Source: Selaginella moellendorffii
Lineage: Eukaryota > Plantae > Lycopodiophyta
DNA length: 64,000 nucleotides
NCBI RefSeq assembly: GCF_000143415.4
Contig: NW_003314395.1
Location: 186,001 to 250,000, forward strand
Direction of reading: 5' to 3'
Under the pieces are notes generated by a model, which was not told the DNA's origin, did no database searches, and saw only the letters and a program-made list of their open reading frames with translations. Of this stretch, positions 1 to 11,858 are shown in pieces. The number at the start of each line of letters is the position of its first letter. The first letter of the stretch is position 1. The position numbers and the translations under genes are program-made.

Positions 1-420
1 CCATTGTGTAGAATGCTCTAGCCTAGAGCTCTCCATATCTTAGATAAATAGATAGATACCAGAGTACACGTGAAATACGTGAGCGTCGATCCATTAACAC
101 TGGGCCGAGGCTGAAGAAGGACGAGATTGTGAAACAAAACTTGGCAGGAAGAGCTCGTGCATGTCGCCGTTGGTTTCTCGACACAACAGTCAAGGATAAT
201 TTGTTCAATCTCTCAAGTATAGAACTGTGCATTTTATATTAGTCCCAGCTGCACCATACAGGGCATATCAAAATGTGTGGACTACAAAAATTTGAATTCC
301 CATATAATCTCAAAAAGACATAACAAGGAAAAAAAAGGAATGAGATCCTATACTAGTTATCTACCTTTAAACCTCGCAGCTGGATCACACTTTAGTCTCC
401 TACAAAATCCAAGAACCAGG
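1..420. repeat. Scrambled block built from DUF455 exon fragments; copies at about 5003-5470 and (rearranged) 11866-12275
   Basis: Near-identical to 5003-5470. Contains ctgggccgaggctg, caggaagagct..catgtcgc.gttgg and the reverse complement of the DUF455 exon at 17790-17845. Confidence 0.8.
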
Positions 421-767
421 TTCTGCTTCACTTTTTTCACGTTTAAGTTCATGGCAGAAGGGGCAACAATTGCTAATTCTAATGAGGCTAACGGGACGAA
501 GCTGGCCCACGAGCATTTAAAACCCCCTCATCAAAATCTTCCAAGATTCATACCACTATTTTTCCATGTATCTAAGAAATGGATGAGCATTAGCGACATC
601 ATCATCCTCCATTTTCTTATCTATGCGATCAATGAAGACATTGGCAGCCCCTCTTAAGCTCTTTTGTCAGAGGCACCATAAGGTTTGAAGGAGCCACAGC
701 ACTGCGAGAGAAACGAGCAAAAAAACAAAAACAATCTCTGTAACAAAGAAATTGTAAATCTATTACG

Positions 768-1345
768 TTAAAAATTAAGTCTTTTATTTAAAGTGTACCT
801 ATACGTGTTAGCAGCAAAGATGATAAGTAAAATGACAGGAGTGCCTTTCAGAGGAATCCTCATCCTTTGGAACAGCTTTTTCACGTAGGAACCAGTGAAG
901 ACTACAACGACCAAAGCTAAATATGCACTCAATATTGACCACGATGCCTTGGTTCCGATGAAATCGTATACCACATACAGGAGGCTGAAGAGGAGCGGCA
1001 ACATCATCGTAGACAAGCTTGAAAAGAAGATCACCCAAAGAGAAGACATGAGATTGTCGAGCTCCTGAGCTTTTCTTTCCTTGTTATCAACAATTGCTAT
1101 CATACACCCAAATATGGAGATAGTTGCAGCCATAAAGAGGTGGAAGCAACGCCCCTTATCCGCGGGTGTTGCATTCTCTCTGATCTTCTGTGCCACGTGG
1201 CAGGCGGCCCCCTCCCAGGCTGAGGCTCAGCCTGCGCCTTCTCCACGTGCTTTGGGCCCGGGAGAGTCCTCCCCGATGAGGGAGATTCCCAACTGGAGAC
1301 ATGTGGAAGCCACAAAAGTGAAAGGTGTAATCAGCAATTTGGCCA
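768..1345 (-). pseudogene. Multi-pass membrane protein copy 1, broken by an inversion and a roughly 90-bp insert
   Basis: Paralog of the 12320-12850 ORF. Its 5' end (MAEGATIANSNEANG) lies on the + strand at 451-507, and a GC-rich insert sits at about 1185-1275. Confidence 0.75.
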
Positions 1346-1347
1346 AT

Positions 1348-2420
1348 CGCGCCACTATTAACAATGCCACTAGAAGAAAATTTTACACCAACTTTCATAA
1401 GGTAATGCGACTACCCACTGCATGTTCAGCCATTTAAAGCATATTTCCGGGACAAACAACAAACTCCGAGAGGGAAAGACGAGAGAGAGACACTCAAGGT
1501 CTCATTTTTAGTCTTGATTCTTTTGATTTCCTCTCGAACAAACGCAGCAAGCAGGGAAGAGATCTCATGGGTCTACAGGGAGAAGTAAGATTGAGCGGTC
1601 TCAAAGTGAAAGTCCACAAGATCTCGACGGTGGTTCCAGCCGGAGAGACCGAGCAATGCACGCTCTTCATGTCCAACATCGACCAGGTACTGGCTTACTA
1701 TGTCGAGACACCTACCATTTCTTGGCTGGGAGATTCAAGCTCAATCCCAAGCTGGGGAGGATGGAGCTGGAATGCAACCTCGAAGGGATCTCTTATCTGG
1801 GCGATACCAGTGTTCCAAATCAGCTCTTCCGCAATCTCGTTCTCCTTCCGTACGAAGGCAAGGCTCTCAACGATGCTCCTCTCATCATAATCCAGGTTCG
1901 TTCCTTGTTTTTCTAGCGTTTGTTCTTCGTTCTTCCTTGGAGAGAGCTTGGTTTCTTTGGGTGTTGGAATGCATGAGGATCGTATGGTTGCTCCGCTGCC
2001 AAAGGGATTCTCTGAGACCATCGCCGACGAGTACGTACGGTCGTCTGCGCTCCACCGTGGGAATTCATCTCTCCGTGGTGGAAGATCCGCTTCCAGGAGC
2101 TGCCGCTCTACGCGGGGCCCGTGGTAAACGACCGGGTAGAATTTGTTTTACTATAATGGTAAACAGGAGCCGGCAGAGACCTCCAAGTTTGGCTGTTGGA
2201 TTGTTTTCCCTAGGAAAATAGGAAAATGGTTTTTTATCGGACGGTGGACGGCGTCCGATGTGAAGCCCATCCCGACCGTTGGATTCGTCGCTTAAACCTC
2301 TTTTCCTTTAAGCTTTTGGCTATGGTCGCTGTGAGCCGATCTCCGTGGAGCTCAAGCGGCACCCGCATTGCCGTCGTGGGCTTTCCTCTGCGTCGTTTCT
2401 TCGTCGACGATTGCCATTGT
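1348..2420 (+). pseudogene. Internally deleted copy of the BAHD acyltransferase gene plus the FabZ promoter and 5' end
   Basis: Collinear blocks match 18440-20700 (MGLQGEVRLS..., VVNDRVEF, gaagcccatcccgaccgt), with many deletions and frameshifts. Confidence 0.85.
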
Positions 2421-2540
2421 CGGAGGCACCGTAAGGTTTGAACCACAGCACTGCGACAGAAACGAGCAAACACAAAAAAAAAAAGCTCTATAAAGTTCGA
2501 AAACTCACTATAACACAAAGAAACTGTAAATTTATCAAAG

Positions 2541-3086
2541 TCATTTTTTATATAAAGTGTACCCATACGTATTAGCAGCAAAGATGATAAGTAAAATGAC
2601 AAGAGTGCCTCTCAGAGGAATCCTCATCCTTTGGAACAGCTTTTTCACATAGGAACCAGTGAAGACTACAACGACCAAAACTAAATATGCACCCATTATT
2701 GACCACGATGCCTTTGTTCTGCTGAAGCCGTAGACAACATACAGGAGGCTGAAGACGAGTGGTAGCATCATTGTAGACAAGCTCGCAAAGAAGATCACCC
2801 AAAGAGAGGACATGAGATTGTCGAGCTCCTGAGCTTTTCTTTCCTTGTTATCAACAATTGCTATCATACACCCTGCTAATCCAAATACGGAGATGGTTGG
2901 AGCCATAAAGAGGTGGAAGCAACGCCCCTTCTCCACGGGCGTTGCATTCTCTTTGATGAGGGAGATTCCTGACTGGAGGCATGTAGAAGCCACAAAAGTG
3001 AAAGGTGTAATCCGCAATTTGGCAAACTTCAATGCTTCTTTGTTGGGGACAGCATTAGCTTCTGCAATCTTTCCCGCTTCTTCCAT
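2541..3086 (-). CDS. Uncharacterised membrane protein with about 5 TM helices (PGG-domain-like), copy 2
   Basis: Open intronless ORF from MEEAGK with several hydrophobic helices. LLITPFTFVASTCLQSG loosely resembles PGG-domain TM1. Confidence 0.6.
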   Translation of the reverse strand: MEEAGKIAEANAVPNKEALKFAKLRITPFTFVASTCLQSGISLIKENATPVEKGRCFHLFMAPTISVFGLAGCMIAIVDNKERKAQELDNLMSSLWVIFFASLSTMMLPLVFSLLYVVYGFSRTKASWSIMGAYLVLVVVVFTGSYVKKLFQRMRIPLRGTLVILLIIFAANTYGYTLYKK

Positions 3087-3451
3087 TAAACTCAAAGTCC
3101 TTTCCCTGCAAGCTGCTGATTTTGTTGAGCGGGATGATGAGAGTGCTAAGATGGATCACATGGCCTTGATCGACCAGCAAAACACACTATATATTCTTTA
3201 GATTCCGTGGAATGCCTTGAATCGGTATTTGCCGCACGATAAGCGACTTGCCACAATAAATAATAACATGTATACTTTTCTATAAATAATAACATGTATA
3301 CTTTTCTTTGTTTTGTTCTTACAAGTCAAACTGATTCTGGCATTTTGCTACATGAGCAGCAACGAGAAACAAATCTCTGCAACATGGCAAGTGTCACTTG
3401 ATTTTACATGGGGATCCGATAACCTACAAACAGCTTCTTTGTGTCTTGTTC

Positions 3452-4348
3452 TTACATAATCTTGCAAATCAAGTTCCTGGTAAACAGCTCGCTGGTGTTG
3501 TTCACGATCCAGGGGTGACCAAGAACTTGCTCCACCGTCAGCCTCCGGCTCGGATAAACCTCCAACATCCCCATGATCAAATCCTTTGCCTCGCTCGACA
3601 CATCACTCCAATCCAGTGCAAACTCCACATTGTCCACGCTTTTCAGCAATGACTCCACATAATCAGAGTGGTACTCAGGGAACGCCACCCTTCCGCTAAC
3701 GAGCTCATATAGAATGAGTCCGAGCCCCCAAACGTCCACCGCTTGAGTGTAGTATTTCGGCCATCCGCCCTCACCAGCCCTGAGAACATCTGGCGACATA
3801 TACCCAGGGGTGCCACAAAGGTGGTGCATCTCGTCTGCCCGGTCAGTCGCAACCCCAAAGTCAGACAGCTTCACCTCGTAAGGTTGCGCTGGATGCGTCA
3901 GCAAAACGTTTTCCAGCTTCATATCCCTGTGCACCACCCCAAGGTTGTGCATCTCCCTCAGCGTCTCGGCCAGGCTCTTGGTCACAAACGCCGCCTCGTC
4001 ATCCGCCAGCCTCCCCACCATCTTGAGCCTGTCCCGGAGAGTGCACGAGCAGAGCTCCAAGATTAGGGATCCCCACCAGCGGCCCTTGCGCTCCTCCTCG
4101 ACCATGTCGTAGATCTCTAGTGTACCATGGCAGCCATTGAGTTTGAGCATGATTTCCTTCTCTCTCTCACCCGACCTCTCGAAGCTCTTAGCCGCTAGCA
4201 ACTTACCACCCATTCTAAAGCTTACAAGGTGTACAGTGCCTTGCCCTCCCTTTCCAAGCTCAAAACCCACATCGTACATCTTCCTCAACGACGACAGCTC
4301 CTCGCTCACAACCAACTCACCAGTCTCGACCGCTCTCCACACAGTCAT
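3452..4348 (-). CDS. Minimal intronless CAMK-group (CDPK/PPCK-like) Ser/Thr kinase, copy 1
   Basis: GKGGQG, AAK, HRDMKLEN, DFG, CGTPGYMSPD, DVWGLG and HPW motifs; no EF-hand tail. Confidence 0.9.
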   Translation of the reverse strand: MTVWRAVETGELVVSEELSSLRKMYDVGFELGKGGQGTVHLVSFRMGGKLLAAKSFERSGEREKEIMLKLNGCHGTLEIYDMVEEERKGRWWGSLILELCSCTLRDRLKMVGRLADDEAAFVTKSLAETLREMHNLGVVHRDMKLENVLLTHPAQPYEVKLSDFGVATDRADEMHHLCGTPGYMSPDVLRAGEGGWPKYYTQAVDVWGLGLILYELVSGRVAFPEYHSDYVESLLKSVDNVEFALDWSDVSSEAKDLIMGMLEVYPSRRLTVEQVLGHPWIVNNTSELFTRNLICKIM

Positions 4349-4427
4349 GGCGAGATTAAACAACGATTGTTAGCGTGACCTAAAGGGAACTGCCTTTAAG
4401 TCTTGATCAAACCAGATTGAGTTATGA

Positions 4428-4993
4428 TCAAGACTTGCAGACCTTTGCGGTGAATTCCACGACATAGAGATTGTTTCCTTTGCTCGTTTCTTTCGCTGTG
4501 CCCGTGGCTCCTTCAAATCTTCCGGTGCCACCAACGATGGCGAAAAGAGCTTGAGATCCAGCGGTCGAGCTCCCGGCCTCGCCTTGAAACTCGAGGCTGC
4601 TACCATCAGCAAAGGAGCAATGCGAGGACTGGAAGCTCCCCAGGCCGGTGTTTGCGAGGATTCCCATGTATGTCCCCATGCATAACCTGGTATAGCCCTT
4701 GGTGGAGACCAAGAATGGGGCTGCGAATGTCTGCATTGATCCGGGTCTACCAGCGTTGTCTTTGGGAAGAACGTAGAACTCGTTTTGGTTGATCCCCGTG
4801 TCCGTAAACAGGGACTGGCCTTGGAAGGTGTAGGTCTTGCACTGTTTCACAAGATCCAGATGGTAGAAATTCTTAAGATCTTGACTAGCAATGCAAAGCA
4901 TGGATAAGAAAATGGAGTCTATACCTTGATGGACGATGCTGATGTCGCTAATGCCAGGATGATTAAGAAGATCCCAATTCCAGAGGAGGCCAT
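4428..4993 (-). CDS. Dirigent/allene-oxide-cyclase-barrel-like secreted protein
   Basis: FAIVGGTGRFEGATG motif. Upstream signal-peptide exon MASSGIGIFLIILALATS; a roughly 53-nt GT-AG intron would join it in frame. Confidence 0.7.
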
Positions 4994-5501
4994 TTGGCCT
5001 ATTATGTAGAATGCTCTAGCCTAGAGCTCTCCATATCTTAGATAAATAGAAAGATACCAGAGTACACGTGAAATACGTGAGCGTCGATCCATTAACACTG
5101 GGCCGAGGCTGAAGAAGGACGAGATTGTGAAACAAAACTTGGCAGGAAGAGCTCGTGCATGTCGCCGTTGGTTTCTCGACACAACAGTTGAGGATAATTT
5201 GTTCGATCTCTCAAGTATAGAACTGTGCATTTCATATTAGTCCCAGCTGCACCACACAGGGCATATCAAAATGTGTGGACTACAAAAATTTGAATTCCCA
5301 TATAATCTCAAAAAGACATAACAAGGAAAAAGTCTCTTCGGAGACACCAGATAAAATTGGAACGATAACAAGGAAAAAAAAAAAAGGAATGAGATCCTAT
5401 ACTAGTTATCTACCTTTAAACCTCGCATCTGGATCGTACTTTAGTCTCCTACAAACATCCAAGAACCAGGGTTCTGCTTCAATTTTTTCACGTTTAAGTT
5501 C

Positions 5502-6044
5502 ATGGCAGAAGGAGCAACGATTGCTAATTCTAATGAGGCTAACGGGAAAGAATCATTGAAGCTGGCCAAATTGCTGATTACACCTTTCACTTTTGTGGCT
5601 TCCACATGACTCCAGTCGGGAATCTCCCTCATCAGAGAGAATGCAACGCCCGCAGAGAAGGGGCGTTCCTTCCACCTCTTTATGGCTGCAACCATCTCCG
5701 TATTTGGATTGGCAGGGTGTATGATAGCAATTGTTGATAACAAGGAAAGAAAAGCTCAGGAGCTCGACAATCTCACGTCCTCTCTTTGGGTGATCTTCTT
5801 TGCGAGCTTGTCTACGATGCTGTTGTCGCTCCTCTACAGCCTCCTGTATGTTGTCTACGACATCAGCGAAACGAAGGCATCGTGGTCAATAATGGGTGCG
5901 TATTTAGTTTTGGTCGTTGTAGTCTTCACTGGTTCCTACGTGAAAAAGCTGTTCCAAAGGATGAGGATTCCTCTGAGAGGCACTCCTGTCATTTAATTTA
6001 TCATCAGTGCTGCTAATGAGTATGGGTACACTTTATATAAATAA
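5502..6044 (+). pseudogene. Multi-pass membrane protein copy 3 (nonsense mutation and frameshift)
   Basis: TGT>TGA at 5607-5609 relative to the 12320 copy; frameshift near 5990. Confidence 0.8.
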
Positions 6045-6345
6045 AAGACTTAATTTTATAACGTGATAGATTTACAATTTCCTTTGTTACAGAGATTGTT
6101 TTTGTTTACTTGCTCGTTTCTCTCGCAGTGCCGTGGCTCCTTCAAACCTTATGGTGCTTCCGACAATGCCGAAAAGAGCTTAAGAGGGGGCTGCCAATGT
6201 CTTCATTGACCGCATGGATAAGAAAATGGAGGACGATGATGTCGCTAATGCTCATCCATTTCTTAGATACATAGAAAAATAGTGGCATGAATCTTGGGAG
6301 ATTTTGATGAGGGGGTTTAAAGGTTTTAGCAGCTGCTCGTGGGCA

Positions 6346-7112
6346 ATGCAGCAACACCAGGAGTGGGCGGGGCTCCAGTCGTGGAGGTCCCCGGCGGCGC
6401 CACCCAATGAGCGGCGCCGCTGGGGGGATGCCGGCCCTGAGATGGTGGCGACTCCCTTAGATCACGCTGGTTCTTTCTCTCCTCCCCCTCGCAGCCTCGC
6501 GGAATGGGGCGCCTTGATCCTCGCCACCCCTCGTCCACTCTCCAAATCCCACTTGACGCACCACGCTTACAAGCTTTGGTGCAGTGGTGCTCTTCCGATT
6601 GGTGTAGCGGTCGCCATGGATTCTCCCGCAAGGCCAGAGAAGCCTCAGCTGGTAAGATTCTTCTTCTTTTCTCTCGAAGTTCTAGACATTCGTTTGTTCT
6701 TGCTGTGCCTATAGGTGCATCCAAGGAGAGTTCCAACAGCCAAAGTTCTGGGGATATCTCCCAGCGTTCATATGATCCATAACTTGGCACACATCGAGCT
6801 CAACGCCGTGGATCTTGCATGGGACACTGTGGTGCGCTTCTCGGCGTCGGGTGGCGAGCTCGATTCGCAGTTTTTCGCGGATTTTGCTCACGTTGCGGAC
6901 GACGAGAGCCGGCATTTCTGCTGGTGCGAGCAGCGATTGAAGGAGCTTGGTTCCAGGTATTTAGAAACTTGTAGTTTTCTCTTCATTTATCGTTTCTTTA
7001 CCATAGTTACGGAGATGTTCCGGCGCACAATTTGCTCTGGAAGGATTGCCAGAAAACTTCTGGAAGCGTGGATGCTCGTCTCGCAGTTATTCCAATGGTC
7101 CAGGTGCCTATA
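6346..7112 (+). pseudogene. 3'-truncated duplicate of the DUF455 ferritin-like gene (exons 1-3)
   Basis: Near-identical to 16825-17590, then breaks off into filler DNA at about 7112. Confidence 0.85.
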
Positions 7113-7267
7113 CGCTTCCACTTGAAGAGCTAAGAACTATTCTACCAAGCAACGAAAGTAGAAATAGAAGGAATGGCAAAACGGGGATCAACCAAAACGA
7201 GTTCTACGTTCTTCCCAAAGACAACACTGGTAGACCCGGATCAATGCAGATATTCGCAGCCCCATTC

Positions 7268-8827
7268 TTGCCAATCTCAGGGCGGACATGACACTCGCGG
7301 GCTTCGATGGTTTCAGGATCCAGAGGTCGGACCAGAGCGTTCCCTTTTTGGGCGATGGAAGCGACGACAGCAAGCTCCCTTCCGGGACCCTCTGTGTTCT
7401 CAGCCACAAAGAGAAGGAGATCATGAACGCTTTGGACGGTGCCGGAGTCCAGCCCACGGAGTCCGAGATCGCGCAAGAGGTGGCGGTTTTGTCACAAACC
7501 AATATCTACAGGCCGGGGATCGATGTCACACAGGCCGAGCTCCAGCCGCATTTGACGTGGAGGAGGCAAGAGAAAACCGAGATGGTGGGCTCGTGGAAGG
7601 CGAAGATATACGACATGCATCATGTGACTGTCAGTGTCCGGTCGCGAAGGGTTCCAGGAGCCATGACAGACGAGGAGCTGTTCGCTTCAGAAGAGGCCGA
7701 GGGAGAGGACGACGAAGACTACACCGATCTTCTAACCGAGGAGGAGAAGCAGCAACTGGACTCGGCGCTCAAGGCCGAGAATGGCGAGTTTATCGAGAAG
7801 GGATTTGACAAGGGTGGCAAGGACAACAGCAAGCTTCGCAGGCGCTTGGAGAACGGGGGGGATGATATTATATTGGACGGATTGCTCGACGATGATATGA
7901 GCGTAGGTGGTGCTTCGTCTGGCTCGGATATCCACAGGGAGGACAGGAAGAGCTGGTTTAGCTGGGGGAAGAAGAGCGTCAAGCATGAAAACGCAAAGAA
8001 GGTGGAGCCGGCAAGGAAGTCTCTCAGCGTAGAAGTAGAGCGGGGTGGCAGGAATAACAGCAGAGGTCTTTCGACAGGCGACCATCGAATTATAGAGCGG
8101 AGGACACATTCGAGCTCAAGAAGGGATACATGGACAAGCCTGCCAGGAAGAGCGTAAGCAGGGAGTCGATTCACAAGCCTGGAAAGGCTGGCGCTGAAAA
8201 CGAGTACCAGAAGGGATTGAGGCCGGTGCTGTGGCTCACGCCGGATTTTCCTCTGAGCACTGAGGAGTTTGTGCCGCTGCTGGACATCCTGTCCAACAAA
8301 GTGAAAGCGATTCGGAGGCTACGTGAGCTCTTGACAACCAAGCTACCGACTGGAACGTTTCCAGTCAAGGTAAGTTTATTTTCTTTTCTCGTTTCTCCAG
8401 TTCTTCGGTGACCAAACTTTGTTTGTTTTTTGCTTCGTCTCAGCTGGCCATACCAGTAGTGCCCACCATCAGAGTCGTCGTGACTTTCACTCGCTTTGAC
8501 GAGATCCGCGCGCCGTCGGAGGAGTTTTCCACGCCACTCTCGAGTCCTCGCCACTTCCAAGACGCAAAAGCCAAGGAGGGCGATGCTCCGCAAGCACAGG
8601 CATCATCGGCGAGTTCATGGTTTTCGTGGATGCGACCTCACAGCCAGGCAAGCTCGTCGGCGGTGTCGGACGATCACGGGCCCGACTTGGTGGATCCGTT
8701 TCTCATCCCCAGTGACTACACCTGGGTGGACGTGAACGAGAAGAAGCGGCGAGCCAAGGACAAGAAATCGAAGAGCAAGAAGAATAAGAAGCCTCCTCCA
8801 GCGCAGGGAGAGACAACGAAGGGCTAG
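7268..8827 (+). pseudogene. C-terminal fragment of an ANKRD13-like (GPCR-chaperone domain) gene
   Basis: ANLRADMTLAGFDGFRIQRSDQS, KGLRPVLWLTPDFPL, TKLPTGTFPVK|LAIPVVPTIRV and DPFLIPSDY. Intron at 8370-8443 is present; ankyrin N-terminus is absent; frameshift near 8100-8130. Confidence 0.8.
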
Positions 8828-8926
8828 TCTGCTTGCTAGCTCTCACAAGTTACAACAAACAAAGGCTTTTGGATTTATTTTTTGTAGGCGATTTACCACA
8901 CGAAATGAAATTCTTGTGTTCTTTCT

Positions 8927-9463
8927 TCACTTGTTGTATAGGGTGGAACCATACGAATTAGCAGCGATGATGATCAGGAGCGTGATATAAGTGCCCCTCA
9001 GAGGAATTTTGATCAGCTTTTTCACGTAGGAACCAACGAGGATTAGAATGCCGACGAGAAAACACGCACCCATGGTCGACCACGATGCCTTCGCTTCGCT
9101 AAAGTCGTAGGCAACATAGAAGAAGCTGAAAAAGAGTGGTGTCATCATCACGGACAAGCTCGTAAAGAAGATCATCGACATAGAGAGCATGAGCTTTTTG
9201 GCCTCTAGAGCTTTTCCCTGATCGTTATCAAGAAATGCTATTAGACACCCTGCCAATCCAAATGCCGAGATGATTGAAGCGAGAAGAAAGTGGAAGCAAC
9301 GCCCCTTTTCCACTGGTGTGGCATCCTTTTTGATGAGGGAGATCCCTGACTGGAGGCATGTCGAAGCCACAAAAGTGAAAGGCGTAATCAGCAATTTGGC
9401 AAACTTCAATGCTTCTTTGTTGGGGGCAGCATTAGCTTCTGCAATCTTTCCCGCTTCTTCCAT
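8927..9463 (-). CDS. Uncharacterised membrane protein with about 5 TM helices, copy 4 (most divergent)
   Basis: Open ORF from MEEAGK; clear paralog with a diverged C-terminal half. Confidence 0.65.
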   Translation of the reverse strand: MEEAGKIAEANAAPNKEALKFAKLLITPFTFVASTCLQSGISLIKKDATPVEKGRCFHFLLASIISAFGLAGCLIAFLDNDQGKALEAKKLMLSMSMIFFTSLSVMMTPLFFSFFYVAYDFSEAKASWSTMGACFLVGILILVGSYVKKLIKIPLRGTYITLLIIIAANSYGSTLYNK

Positions 9464-9804
9464 TAAACTCAAAGTCCTTCCCCTGCAAGCTGCCGATTTT
9501 GTTGAGCGGGATGATGAAGTGCTAATCTGGATCACATGGCCTTGATCGACCAGCAAAACACATTATATATTCTTTAGATTCCGTGGAATGCCTTGAATCG
9601 GTATTTGCCGCACGATAAGCGACTTGCCACGACTTGCCACAAATAATCATATGTATACGTTTCTTTGTTTTTTTCTTACAAGTCAAACTGATTCTGGCAT
9701 TTTGCTACATGAATAGCATTAAGGGAAACAAATCGCTGCAAACCGGCAAGTGTCACTTGATTTTACATCCAATAACCTACAAACAGTTTCTTTTTGTCTT
9801 GTTC

Positions 9805-10701
9805 TTACATAATCTTGCAAATCAAGTTCCTGGTAAACAGCTCGCTGGTGTTGTTCACGATCCAGGGGTGACCAAGCACTTGCTCCACTGTCAGCCTCCG
9901 GCTCGGATAAACCTCCAACATCCCCATGATCAAATCCTTTGCCTCGCTCGACACATCACTCCAATCCAATGCAAACTCCACATTGTCCACGCTTTTCAGC
10001 AATAACTCCACATAATCAGAGTGGTATTCAGGGAACGCCACCCTTCCGCTAAGGAGCTCATATAGAATGAGTCCGAGCCCCCAAACGTCCACCGCTTGAG
10101 TGTAGTATTTCGGCCATCCGCCCTCACCAGCCCTGAGAACGTCTGGCGACATATACCCAGGGGTGCCACAAAGGTGGTGCATCTCGTCGGCCCGGTCAGT
10201 TGCAACCCCAAAGTCAGACAGCTTCACCTCGTAAGGTTGCGCTGGATGCGTCAGCAAAACGTTTTCCAGCTTCATATCCCTGTGCACCACCCCAAGGTTG
10301 TGCATCTCCCTCAGCGTCTCGGCCAGGCTCTTGGTCACAAACGCCGCCTCGTCATCCGCCAGCCTCCCCACCATCTTGAGCCTGTCCCGGAGAGTGCACG
10401 AGCAGAGCTCCAAGATTAGGGATCCCCACCAGCGGCCCTTGCGCTCCTCCTCGACCATGTCGTAGATCTCTAGTGTACCATGGCAGCCATTGAGTTTGAG
10501 CATGATTTCCTTCTCTCTCTCACCCGACCTCTCGAAGCTCTTAGCCGCTAGCAACTTACCACCCATTCTAAAGCTTACAAGGTGTACAGTGCCTTGCCCT
10601 CCCTTTCCAAGCTCAAAACCCACATCGTACATCTTCCTCAACGACGACAGCTCCTCGCTCACAACCAACTCACCAGTCTCGACCGCTCTCCACACAGTCA
10701 T
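9805..10701 (-). CDS. Minimal intronless CAMK-group Ser/Thr kinase, copy 2
   Basis: Two amino-acid differences from copy 1; all catalytic motifs intact. Confidence 0.9.
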   Translation of the reverse strand: MTVWRAVETGELVVSEELSSLRKMYDVGFELGKGGQGTVHLVSFRMGGKLLAAKSFERSGEREKEIMLKLNGCHGTLEIYDMVEEERKGRWWGSLILELCSCTLRDRLKMVGRLADDEAAFVTKSLAETLREMHNLGVVHRDMKLENVLLTHPAQPYEVKLSDFGVATDRADEMHHLCGTPGYMSPDVLRAGEGGWPKYYTQAVDVWGLGLILYELLSGRVAFPEYHSDYVELLLKSVDNVEFALDWSDVSSEAKDLIMGMLEVYPSRRLTVEQVLGHPWIVNNTSELFTRNLICKIM

Positions 10702-10780
10702 GGCGAGATTAAACAACGATTGTTAGCGTGACCTAAAGGGAACTGCCTTTAAGTCTTGATCAAACCAGATTGAGTTATGA

Positions 10781-11858
10781 TCAAGACTTGCAGACCTTTG
10801 CGGTGAATTCCACGACATAGAGATTGTTTCCTTTGCTCGTTTCTTTCGCTGTGCCCGTGGCTCCTTCAAATCTTCCGGTGCCACCAACGATGGCGAAAAG
10901 AGCTTGAGATCCAGCGGTCGAGCTCCCGGCCTCGCCTTGAAACTCGAGGCTGCTACCATCAGCAAAGGAGCAATGCGAGGACTGGAAGCTCCCCAGGCCG
11001 GTGTTTGCGAGGATTCCCATGTATGTCCCCATGGATAACCTGGTATAGCCCTTGGTGGAGACCGAGAATGGGGCTGCGAATGTCTGCATTGATCCGGGTC
11101 TACCAGCGTTGTCTTTGGGAAGAACGTAGAACTTGTTTTGGTTGATCCCCGTGTCCTTCTTTACATTAGTTATGGAGATGTTCCAGCGCACAATTTGCTC
11201 TGGAAGGATTGCCAGAAAACTTCTGGAAGCGTGGATGCTCGTGTCGCAGTTATTCCAATGGTCCAGGTGCCTATATGTTTTTTTTTTTCTGTTCTTTAGT
11301 TCTCCAACTTTTCTATTCGAGTTTCTCTACTGTTTCAGGAAGCTCGGGGTTTGGACGCTGGGCCGAGGCTGGTGGAAAGACTGAAGCAGCTCGGTGATGA
11401 TAGAAGTGCCAAGATTGTGGAACAAATCTCTCAGGAAGAGCTTGCGCATGTCGCTGTTGGTGTCTCGTGGTTCCTGGATGTTTGCAGGAGACTAGAGTGC
11501 GATCCAGCCGCGAGGTTTAAAGGTGGATAAACTAGTACAGATCTTTTCTTCGATTTCGTGTCTGATCTCTTCCTTGCTTTCCTTGTTGCGAATGTCTGCA
11601 TTGATCCGGGTCTACCAGCGTTGTCTTTGGGAAGAACGTAGAACTCGTTTTGGTTGATCCCCGTGTCCGTAAACAGGGACTGGCCTTGGAAGGTGTAGGT
11701 CTTGCACTGTTTCACAAGATCCAGATGGTAGAAATTCTTAAGATCTTGACTAGCAATGCAAAGCATGGATAAGAAAATGGAGTCTATACCTTGGAGGACG
11801 ATGTTGATGTCGCTAATGCCAGGATGATCAAGAAGATCCCAATTCCAGAGGAGGCCAT
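10781..11858 (-). pseudogene. Dirigent-like gene copy 2, split by an inserted DUF455 fragment
   Basis: 3' half at 10781-11155 and 5' half at 11586-11858, with about 80 bp of dirigent sequence duplicated on both sides of the insert. Confidence 0.8.
11156..11585 (+). pseudogene. DUF455 fragment (exons 3-4 with introns)
   Basis: Matches about 17472-17908. Confidence 0.85.
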
